DNA from: Nemertoderma westbladi
Taxonomy: Eukaryota > Animalia > Xenacoelomorpha
Reading direction: 5' to 3'
Length of the DNA stretch: 62,830 nt
Assembly (NCBI GenBank): GCA_032718475.1
Contig: JAUCBJ010006987.1
Span: forward strand, 1-62,830
A program made the translations under genes and the position numbers. Positions 50,050 through 59,966 of this stretch are shown here, piece by piece. Within the stretch, counting starts at the first letter, position 1, and each line of letters starts with the position of its first letter. Below the pieces are notes generated by a model that saw nothing but the letters and a program-made list of their open reading frames with translations, ran no database searches and was not told the DNA's origin.

Positions 50050-51500
50050 TGGTAGTGTAAAGGCTTTTGCGGAATTAGCTGGTTATTTTCCCCGCAAAGT
50101 ACTCTGTAGGTGTTTTAACGGACATAAAAAGCCGTTTCCTTACTGTACCGGTGTTTTAGTGGACATAAAAAGCCATTTCTTCTGTATGTGTACTTTAGCG
50201 GACATAACTAGCAATTTTATGTCGCAATACGCCAAAATCCTCTTGATACAGTGCAGTTCCGATGACGACATCTATCAGCTGATATGTACACGTGTAACTT
50301 TTCCCTTGTTCTTTGTTCGGTCGACCAATCAGAGCGATTTTCATTTTATTTGTACAGAAACCTCCGGGAAATCGCGCAATGCATTATGGTTTATGTTTAC
50401 CTTTTTTCCTGATGCCAGAACACCGGCTTTGGAATTATTCTGCGTTTCAGACTTTAGCCAAACATTAGATCGGCTTTGATCATAGAAACGTATAACTGTT
50501 ATCATATCAAGTCACGCATTAACTCAGCATCTTAAATTATACATACAGTACCTTGCACCGCATTATTTTACTGCTATTTACTGTCGGTTATTAATTGTAT
50601 CACTTTGATGGAATATTGTTATATTTGGATAATATCGATAAATAATCATAAAACCCCAATCTTCTTGATATACTGAAGGTAAGAGATCGGTTACATATAG
50701 CAATTGCGACTTACATTATATTGGTTTTGGAGTGAATCTAATGCTATTTCATAGGCACTACTTGTGTCAATTGCTGTTCTCTTTATATGTGACTAAAATT
50801 AGTGATGGTCGGCAGATCAGTGTGCAGCAGTGTGCGGTAGTGTGCATGAGTATGATAAATAACAAAGCATCTCCTATAAAGAATGCGCTTTATACGTGAA
50901 TCAATAGCCATCCTGTTGTGCTTAGTGTAAGTCATAACTCTGTTTACATACTTAGAGCGCCACGTCCTAAAGGAACTGTTAATATTTCCCGAAAGTGAAT
51001 AATATTTGTCAGAGATTATATATTAACGATCAATCGAATAATACAGTAGGCCTACATCGCAATAAGGTCAGAGCTTCCGAATCCAGTCTCCCGGGTATAT
51101 CCAGCGGGTGAATGGTCGCGCATAGGCTGGCTTCGGCTAATGTAGTGTATCAAATACTCGTCATAGGCTAAAGTCGATTTATAACCTAGAAGACACCTAC
51201 ATTTGGCAGGTTAAACTGCTAAAGGTCTGAAAGCGCGAACAGGTAGTAATAGCGATACAACACCAACAGTCAATACAACAACAATTACAATGTTTATTTA
51301 TGCTACAAAGCTAAGTTAATGCTAATAGGAGGAAACAGCAACGCATTGATGGTACAGTACCTGGTCAAGGACGCCTTGTTCCTATGATACACTGTAGAAG
51401 ACAGGACTAATAATATTGGTTAGAAAGAACCTGCGAGGGGACAGTCTGCTGAATGAAGTACCAGTATTAATGTTGAAATTTGATATGAAATGCAGCAACA

Positions 51501-51774
51501 TGCAGACACTTTAGTTTGAAACTTTTTTTAGTTTCTACTTTAGTTTGAAACTTTTTTATTTCCTACTTTAGTTTGAAACTTTTTTTATTTCCTACTTTAG
51601 TTTGAAACTTTTTTATTTCCTACTTTAGTTTGAAACTTTTTTTAGTTTCTACTTTAGTTTGAAACTTTTTTATTTCCTACTTTAGTTTGAAACTTTTTTT
51701 ATTTCCTACTTTAGTTTGAAACTTTTTTGCCGTTAAAAAAAATGAAAGTAAATTGGCCTAAACCAGCCACCGTA
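51501..51774 (-). repeat. Right TIR with 8 copies of the 28-29-bp subterminal repeat
   Basis: Reverse complement of the left arm. ACTTTAGTTTGAAACTTTTTT units at 51508-51728. Confidence 0.92.
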
Positions 51775-53051
51775 AATTACCCTTATTTTATTTACAGTTC
51801 TTCACAGTACCGGTAGGCTACATTGTCTCACCTCAGACGTGACAATCAGGAAGGCAGGACACAGGCAGCTCAGCTACAGGACTGCATGACGGGTATAACT
51901 TTCAGAATTTTGCCTAGAGGTATAATACTGGTATAATACTCTGATACTGGTCTGGTACATAGAGGAAGAGGCTGGCTACATCTGTACATGCAGACATGTC
52001 TGCATACGTAGCGTCGGACAGTCGGATATAGGCCTAGGTCATAGGTCGGTGTATTCCTTCCTAGCTAGCCTACATGCAGACATGAGTTGGCTGGTTGGTG
52101 GGTAGGTCTTTAAAATAACAATGTTGATTACGGCATACGGCGAACGCGGGGTTCTGGGTCGGGGAACAGGGCCGGTACGGTGCCCGGAAGCCGGAACCCA
52201 GAACTGCACGATGCACGAGGAGGAGCGAATACCAGACTGCAAGAATACGGCAAACAGGAGGGGGGGGGGGGGGGGGGGGGGGGCATCCAGGGCATCCCCG
52301 AACTGCCGAAAGCAGCGAGGAGGAGCCAATTAATAGCGGTACTACCAGACTACTGTACTACCTGACTACGGTCTGACGGTTACTGACAATGGACATGATG
52401 GACAGATGGAAGAAAACGATGTAGGGCCTACCTACATCTGTACATATAAACTGTATAGGCCTACAGGCCTATACTGCTATACAGTAGGCCTATATATAAT
52501 ATATACTGATATAGGTATTGAAATCCGGCTGCCCCAGCTGCCCAGTGCTTTGTGCAGATCTATATTATTCATATTGTATAAGCTGATAAAGGGCTGTTGC
52601 CCGAAATAAAATACGGTACTGAAATATAGGCCTACTCATATCATAACGTAATATCTTTATTTTGATTCCATTTGGTCACTTACAGACTTAGACAATTTCA
52701 GCCAACAACAAACAATACAAACTCTTTACTTGAACAGTTGAATTACTTGTTGTTATAATATCTGAATATATACCGTACCGGTACCGGTAATTATTGTGAA
52801 TTATTTGTTAGAATAGGCCTAACCTTTACAACATGCATATTTGCTGTTTAAATTACGTACCGGTACCGTTACTTAATAATTATTGTGCAGTTGTGTAATG
52901 TAATATATTTTATTCCAAAATTGTAACATTAGGCTACTCAACGCCTTTAGCTGTTTAGTATTAACAGCAAAGGTTGTTATTTAGCACTTTACAACTTTAG
53001 AGGACATTACAGCATTGTATTGGCCTGTACATTTAGTATTGTATTTGGTGT

Positions 53052-53151
53052 TATTGTTTACGTGGTAACCCATGACGGCGTAAAGTAATGTCCAGGTCCA
53101 CTAAGGGGACATTACTTAACGCAGTCGTCATTGGATTCCACGTAAACAATA
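53052..53151. repeat. 100-bp imperfect hairpin (MITE-like)
   Basis: TATTGTTTACGTGG..CATGACG..GTAAAGTAATGTCC / GGACATTACTTAAC..CGTCATTGG..CCACGTAAACAATA. Confidence 0.7.
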
Positions 53152-53449
53152 GGTGGAAATTTGCCTGACAGCCAGATAGGCCTACTGCATTTCCTACCGG
53201 TAGGTGGGTATAGCTATTAATAACCAGTAGGGCCTAGCTGTATTATTATAACATGGCTCCAAACGCCACCATAAATATAAGCCAACTTATTTATAACATA
53301 ATTTATGTCATTTTTACATTTATTTATACAGCAACTACTGAACTACCGGTAATATAATTTGTGCAGTTTCTATCACTTATAGTTATAATAATGTAGGCCT
53401 ATATGTACAATCATTTCGTAATGTTAAAATTATGGAATAAAACTACATA

Positions 53450-53582
53450 CATACTTGTTGCAAAGTACTTTTCAGTGTTCTGATCCTCGTGGCTTTATTT
53501 TCACTCACTCACTAACATTCGTTCGTGTAACAAAGCCACTCGGATCATCACACTGTAAAGTGCTACTTTACACACAAGTATA
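53450..53582. repeat. ~130-bp imperfect hairpin (MITE/Crypton-like non-autonomous element)
   Basis: ATACTTGT..AAAGTA..CAGTG..TGATCC..GTGGCTTT / AAAGCCAC..GGATCA..CACTG..TACTTT..ACAAGTAT. Confidence 0.6.
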
Positions 53583-53846
53583 TATGTAAATAGTTATTAT
53601 TGTGAATTACTTGTCGTAATAATGTACCGGTACGGTACCTGTAATATTTCTTAATTTTGGTGTAAATAAAATCTGAAAATACCTCATGACTTCTAGTTCT
53701 GTAGTTGGGGTTCGGTTCAGACTTTCAGTGTATCTTCAGACCACCTCTAAGTTGTAGGCCTATGTTCAGATGTTATAAAATCATTCTTCTGAAGATATTC
53801 CATAAAAATAAATATTATTTTTAAATTGCAAATGCAACCTTCAGTG

Positions 53847-56800
53847 ATGGCATTGCAGAGGGTTAAATCGAGTGTGGAGAGAGTTTTCGATAAGAATATG
53901 TCTGATATGATTCGGGGAATTAGAGCCAACAAAGATAATGAGTCCAAGTATGTTATGCAATGTATCGAGGAGATCAAACACGAGTTAAAGCAGAACAACA
54001 TTGACGGAAAGGCGAACGCAATACAGAAACTCACTTACCTACAGATGTTGGGATACGACATCAGCTGGGCTGCATTTAATATAATAGAAGTCATGAGTTC
54101 ACCGAAGTTCACCTTCAAAAGAATCGGTTATTTGGCCGCGGTTCAATCATTCCACGACGATACAGATGTTATAATGCTGACGACAAATATGATACGCAAA
54201 GACGTTACCAGCCAACACATATACGAGTCCGGTATATCCCTAGCCGGTCTCTCATGCTTTATGACAGCGGACCTCGCTAAAGATCTTGTCAACGACCTTC
54301 TCTCTCTGCTAACCTCAACCCGTCCGTATCTCCGGAAGAAGGCTATCCTAGTTCTCTACAAGGTTTTCCTCAAATACCCAGAATCTTTGAGGCCAGCCTT
54401 TTTGCGATTAAAGGAGAAACTAGAGGACCCAGATGCTGGCGTCCAGAGCGCGGCAGTTAACGTTATCTGCGAGTTGGCACGTCGCAACCCGAAGAACTAT
54501 CTGTTCCTCGCGCCGACCTTCTTCAAACTAATGACCGGCTCCACAAACAACTGGATGCTCATTAAGATCATCAAGCTATTCGGCGCATTGACACCGTTGG
54601 AACCGCGACTCGGTAAGAAACTCATCGAACCGCTCACCAACCTCATCCACAGCACATCCGCCATGTCTCTTTTGTACGAGTGTATAAACACGGTGGTCGC
54701 GGTACTCATATCGATATCCTCCGGGATGTCCCACCAGAACGCCTCCATCCAGCTCTGCGTGCAGAAACTCCGAATACTTATCGAAGATTCCGACCAGAAC
54801 CTCAAGTACCTCGGCTTGCTCGCAATGAGCGGAATCTTAAAGAGCCACCCCAAGTCTGTCCAGGCGCACAAGGACCTCATAATGACCTGTCTAGACGACA
54901 GAGATGAAAGCATTAGGATTCGGGCCCTGGGCCTCATCTACGGGATGGTATCCCGTAAGAACCTAATGGAGATCGTAAAGAAACTCATGGTCCACATGGA
55001 CAAATCGGAGGGGACCAGTTACCGCGACGAACTTCTCTGCAAGATCATCGACATCTGCAGCCAATCTAACTACCAATACATCTCCAACTTTGAGTGGTAC
55101 ATCAGTATCCTCGTGGAGCTCACCAAGATGGAAGGGACCCGACACGGGCTCGTGATAGCGAGTCAGATGATGGACGTTGCGATCCGGGTTCGCTCGATAC
55201 GGGAGTACGCAGTGCAGCAGATGGCCGCGATGATCAGCAACGAGGGGTTGTTGGTGACGGCGACGACGGCGAGCGACTCGCACGGACTGCCGCAGGTGCT
55301 GTACGCGGCGGCCTGGATCGCCGGGGAGTTCAACGAGTTCCTACCCGCACCGAGGGAGACTCTCCTTGGTCTGGTAGAGCCACGCGTCACCAGTCTCCCC
55401 GGCAATGTGCAGTCCATCTACGTGCACAATGCGTTGAAGCTGTACGCGCGGTTGGTGGGGGATGCCGAGGCCGCGGGGGACGCAGCGGTGGCGATGGAAC
55501 TCACCGACGAGATGGTGGGGAGGCTGCCAGTCTTCGTGGATAGTCCGTACCTCGAGGTGCAGGAGCGGGGTTGCGTCGCCCTCCAGATGCTCAAGTACGT
55601 GCGGAAGGCGCAGGGACGGGGCGAGTGGGTGGGCGAGGTGGTGGGCGGCCTGTTCGTGGGCGAGTTGAACCCCGTGGCCCCGAAGGCCCAGCGGAAGGTC
55701 CCGGTGCCGGAGGGCTTGGATCTGGATCGGTGGATCAACGCGGAGCCAGTGGAGGAGCCGGCGGAGGAGCGGGGAGGGGGCTGGAGGGGGGAGTTCGTAG
55801 CCACCGAGGAGGAGCGCAAGTACGTGGAGGTGGATGAGGAGGAGTTGGAGAGGCGTCGGAGGCAGCGGAGGAGCGAGCAGAAGGAGAATCCGCACTATCT
55901 GAAGCAGTCGGTCGGGCGGAAGGTAGAGAAGGAGGAGTCAGTTGTACCGCCTCCGGTGGTTCGCCTCTCCAAGAAGGATGTGACCATACCGCTCAGCATC
56001 CCCGGGTTCACTCGCACCTCGGAGGAGTACGAGAAGGTAAGGAAGAAGGTGAAGAAGAACCGCAAGAAGAAGGGTAAGTACGCGAGTTCCTCGGAGGAGG
56101 AGGACATTCCGGCGATGCACGTCGTTGATATCGTGGCGGAGGAGCTGCCCGAAGACGCCAAGTCGACGGACGAGGAAGTTGAAGACGAGAACGACCCCCA
56201 CCGGCGGCTGGATGTCCCATTGGACGCGCCGTTGGGTGACGGGGATGTGTTGCCGATACGTGGGCACCGGGACGCGGGGGGGTTGAAGGGGAGTAGGGGA
56301 GGAGAGAAGGGAGGGGAGGATGGGAGCCTGGCGGGGGAGAAGGGGAGGAAGAAGCAACGAAAATCGGCGGGGTTGAAGGGGTTCGAGGTTAGCGAGGGAA
56401 AAAAGGGGAAGAAAAAGGGGAAACAACATCGGGAAGTCGAGGTGGAAGATCCCAAGGAAGTTGAGGAAGCCAAGGAGGAGAGGAAGACGGAGTCGCCCAC
56501 CGAGCCGAAACAGTCGAAACGTTCCGGCCGAAAGTCATCCCGGAAACCGTCGGAGAAAACGTCGGAACCTTCTTCGAAATCTCCGGAACCTTCCGGGAAA
56601 TCTCCGGAACCATCCGGGAAATCTCCGGAACCTTCCGGGAAACCATCGGAACCGTCAATGGACGACATTGATTTCTGGTTGACTCCCGAGAAAGTTGCGA
56701 AGGAGGACGGCGTGAAGGATAAGGAGGAGAAGAAAACAGAGAAGGTTGAAGTGGAGGAGCCGCTGAGTCGGAAGAAGAAACATAAGAAGTTGAAGAAGAA

Positions 56801-57602
56801 GACGAGAAGTCGCGACGATGTTGAGGAGATTGAGGGTACAGTGGAGCCGGCTGAGGAGTTGGTTGTAGAAGAGGAGATGCCGGCGTTGAGTAGTTACAAG
56901 TTGCTAGCCGAGAGTAAAACCGTCCGTATGGACTACGACCTGCGCTGTCTGCCGTCCAGCACGGACCAGCTGGTCGTCTCGGTACTCTTCCGGAATCTCA
57001 CCGACGGTTCGCAACTAAAGAACCTCGAACTCAATGTGCTGGACTCGTTGAACGCGAAGCTGAGTCGGGATCGCCCCGGGGAGGGAATCCGGCCGGAGTT
57101 CCAACTGCCGCCGGGGACCGCGAACGAGGCCGGTCTCCGGTTCACCGTGGCGGCCATCGGGGTCGCCCAGACGCTCCGCGGTACGCTGACCCTCACAGCG
57201 CTCAACCGGGAAGACGGCTCCTCCACCAGCGAGAAACTCGACTTTAAACTCCCATTGCGGTGTTCCGCGTTCCTCACGGGTTCCCCGATCTCGGCGGACA
57301 GGTTTGCCGACCTCCTCGCCGGCACCCAACTCTCCGACAAGTCCTCGGTCGTTCTCACACATCCCGCTCTCTCATTCCCAGTCCTCCTCGCCCATTTGAG
57401 TTTCTTTCTCCGTCTCCACGTCGTAGAACGGATCGGGGACACGGCCTCGCTGTACGGCGTCTCGGTTAGAGACGACCATCTGTGTCTCTTAGTTAAGTGT
57501 CAACCAGATGGGAAGGTTTCCCTTAACGCTAAGAGTAGCGACAGTCAGTTCCTATCCAGTCTACTAGAGGAGTGCAAGACGTTAATCACTACGATGCCCT
57601 GA
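53847..57602 (+). CDS. AP3D1: AP-3 complex subunit delta, single coding exon (~1251 aa)
   Basis: MALQRVKSSVERVFDKN, MLGYDISWAAFNIIEVMSS, LTPLEPRLGKKL, LCVQKLRILIEDSDQNLKYLGL, GELNPVAPKAQRKVPVPEGLDLD, then a charged hinge and ear domain. Start set at ATG 53847 by similarity to the vertebrate N-terminus. Confidence 0.97.
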   Translation: MALQRVKSSVERVFDKNMSDMIRGIRANKDNESKYVMQCIEEIKHELKQNNIDGKANAIQKLTYLQMLGYDISWAAFNIIEVMSSPKFTFKRIGYLAAVQSFHDDTDVIMLTTNMIRKDVTSQHIYESGISLAGLSCFMTADLAKDLVNDLLSLLTSTRPYLRKKAILVLYKVFLKYPESLRPAFLRLKEKLEDPDAGVQSAAVNVICELARRNPKNYLFLAPTFFKLMTGSTNNWMLIKIIKLFGALTPLEPRLGKKLIEPLTNLIHSTSAMSLLYECINTVVAVLISISSGMSHQNASIQLCVQKLRILIEDSDQNLKYLGLLAMSGILKSHPKSVQAHKDLIMTCLDDRDESIRIRALGLIYGMVSRKNLMEIVKKLMVHMDKSEGTSYRDELLCKIIDICSQSNYQYISNFEWYISILVELTKMEGTRHGLVIASQMMDVAIRVRSIREYAVQQMAAMISNEGLLVTATTASDSHGLPQVLYAAAWIAGEFNEFLPAPRETLLGLVEPRVTSLPGNVQSIYVHNALKLYARLVGDAEAAGDAAVAMELTDEMVGRLPVFVDSPYLEVQERGCVALQMLKYVRKAQGRGEWVGEVVGGLFVGELNPVAPKAQRKVPVPEGLDLDRWINAEPVEEPAEERGGGWRGEFVATEEERKYVEVDEEELERRRRQRRSEQKENPHYLKQSVGRKVEKEESVVPPPVVRLSKKDVTIPLSIPGFTRTSEEYEKVRKKVKKNRKKKGKYASSSEEEDIPAMHVVDIVAEELPEDAKSTDEEVEDENDPHRRLDVPLDAPLGDGDVLPIRGHRDAGGLKGSRGGEKGGEDGSLAGEKGRKKQRKSAGLKGFEVSEGKKGKKKGKQHREVEVEDPKEVEEAKEERKTESPTEPKQSKRSGRKSSRKPSEKTSEPSSKSPEPSGKSPEPSGKSPEPSGKPSEPSMDDIDFWLTPEKVAKEDGVKDKEEKKTEKVEVEEPLSRKKKHKKLKKKTRSRDDVEEIEGTVEPAEELVVEEEMPALSSYKLLAESKTVRMDYDLRCLPSSTDQLVVSVLFRNLTDGSQLKNLELNVLDSLNAKLSRDRPGEGIRPEFQLPPGTANEAGLRFTVAAIGVAQTLRGTLTLTALNREDGSSTSEKLDFKLPLRCSAFLTGSPISADRFADLLAGTQLSDKSSVVLTHPALSFPVLLAHLSFFLRLHVVERIGDTASLYGVSVRDDHLCLLVKCQPDGKVSLNAKSSDSQFLSSLLEECKTLITTMP

Positions 57603-57689
57603 GTTATTATAATTAATTTATTAATTAATGCACTAAGTTAATGATGATAGTCCGACTACTCGTTGGGAGTGATAATGGCACATATTTAG

Positions 57690-59627
57690 TAGGGTGGTCC
57701 TTATTTTGAAAGGTTGGAATTTATCATCTCTGACCCCCTCAAATGTTTCCACTTCGTCAAAAAATACGACATGCGAAATTTTAAGCATGTACATCAAATA
57801 TTAGAGATAGCTCAAACACACTGAAGTTGAGTGTCTGGTCACCGATTGATCGCGCGCGAAGAATATAATGGAGTTTGCTGATATAAGGGTTCTATTGGTC
57901 GTACAGAGTTAATTTTAGGCTTATTTGAACCGCAGTCATCGATTTAGTGGGTGTAGATACCTTCAAAACAAGTGCTAAGCTAGTAGTTCTTGGGATATCA
58001 CACAAAAGCTTAAGCCTGGCACAACTCATCAATCGATCATTCAATTGATTACGCCAAGGACATATTGAAATATTGGCATTAACATTTTGTAGGTCTACCT
58101 CCCTGCATCTTATTTCAGTTAATCTCGATTTTAGCATTGTATAACCATTCAAAGCTATGTTTAGGAAAAAAAAAATTCATCACAACCCCATGGGAAATGC
58201 TTGCACAAGCATCACTAATTTGTGCATAAGCGCCATTTGGTACGATATCAATAATTGGCCACAAAACTTAACGTTTGGTTAATTATATCTATGAACTGTT
58301 CGTTTAATTTGATTTTGACTGATTTTAAGTGTAGAACCCAAAATCGCATCTGATTTGTATTTTAAAATGATATACAACAATACCTGAATACTATACTGTA
58401 CTTCAAAGCATTTTAAGATAAGGATTGATAGATGCAGAGATATGTGCATCCAGCGACCAAAAGAGAACTAATATATGGGAAGAAGCTTTGCACATATGTA
58501 TTATACATAATTAGGCAATGCTGATTCCACATCTGATTTCAGATTTGCCCTACCACATCAAGTTTTTTCACAATTGCCACTTTGAGTTCAAAAACTTATT
58601 GCAAATGACTGTGATGAGTGGCGTAGATTCAAATGAGAATCAAATATGCCCAAAATCAATCCAACACATTGAATGGAGCTTTGTTTATATGAATTATATA
58701 TTTTTAAACGATGCTGATTCCAAATCTGCTTTCATATTTGCCATACTGCCATAGGATATCAAGTTTTTTTTACAATTGCCAATTTAAGTTCAAATTACTT
58801 ATCGCAAACAATTATTATGAGTGAAAGTAGATTCAATAACAATAAAATACACCCCCAAATCAATCTACAACATATGCTATGGTAAATCTGATAGTAGATT
58901 CACCATATAGATTGCATTGTTTAATATATAACTTAAATTAACAAAGCTCTTTTTCATTTTTTATATTGATTTGGAGCATATTTGATTCTTTTTGAATTAA
59001 CTTCTCTCCTTACAATTGTTCACGATAAGTAATTTGAACTTAAATTGGTAATTTTGAAAATAACGCGAAAATGGCGCTTAGACACAAATTAGTGATGCTT
59101 GTGCAAGCATTTCCCATGGGGTTGTGATGAATTTTTTTTACTAAACATAGCTTTGAATGGTTAGACAATGCTAAAATCGAGATTAACTGAAATAAGATGC
59201 AGGGAGGTAGACCTACAAAATGTTAATGCCAATATTTCAATATCTCCTAGGCATAATCAATTGAATGATCGATTGATGAGTTGTGCCGGGTTTAAGCTTT
59301 TGTGTGATATCTCAAGAACTACTAGCTTAGCACTTGTTTTGAAGGTATCTACACCCACTAAATCGATGATTGCGGTTCAAATAAGCCTAAAATTAACTCT
59401 GTACGACCAACAGAAGCCTTCATATCAGCAAACTCCATTATATTCTGCGCGCGCGATCAAATGGTGTCCAAACGCTCAACTTCAGGGTGTTTGAGCTACC
59501 TCTAAATATATATCATTTGTGCTCAAATTTTACTCAAGGTGTTTTTTTATCAGGAGAAAGGACTTGGGGGGGTCAGAGGAGAATTTCCACAACTTTTAAA
59601 TTTTACATTGAAATAAGGACCACCCTA
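57690..59627. mobile_element. Foldback non-autonomous DNA transposon (hAT-like TAGGG...CCCTA ends, long inverted arms)
   Basis: TAGGGTGGTCCTTATTT ... AAATAAGGACCACCCTA. Near-identical inverted arms at ~57846-58240 and ~59070-59460. ATTTAG flanks both ends. Confidence 0.88.
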
Positions 59628-59966
59628 ATTTAGTACCGGTAGTCGTTATAAATAAAGATTTTGTTTAACATAAAAGGAAGTTAAATAAACCGCCTTCTAG
59701 TTGATTGAATTTGTGCATCGATTCCAACATTATTGTATTTTCTAGATTAATGATTATTTGAATTGTTAATTGGTTTTAGATTTATTGTTTAGATTTCGTT
59801 TAATTTGTTTTTTTTAATGTAGTCTGTTAAACTAAAGTATTATATATAAACTATTGGATTTATTATGATAAATAGTTAATTAAATGTTGTAGTTGGATGT
59901 TTAAATTTCTCACGTAAAAATAATTGCATGAAAATAATTATAATATGACGACACCAAATCATATCA

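Larger units (their letters stand above)
44493..51774. mobile_element. IS3EU-like TIR DNA transposon (7282 bp) carrying DDE integrase and HECT E3 ligase genes
   Basis: Terminal IR TACGGTGGCTGGTTTAGGCCAATTTACTTTCATTTTTTTTAACGGC ... GCCGTTAAAAAAAATGAAAGTAAATTGGCCTAAACCAGCCACCGTA, with two convergent ORFs inside. No TSD seen (GTAAGG vs AATTAC). Confidence 0.88.

Noticed and set aside
57892-59494. Two near-identical ORFs (MLKSRLTEIRCREVD...) on opposite strands
   Set aside because: They are mirror images from the inverted arms of the foldback element and have no domain.
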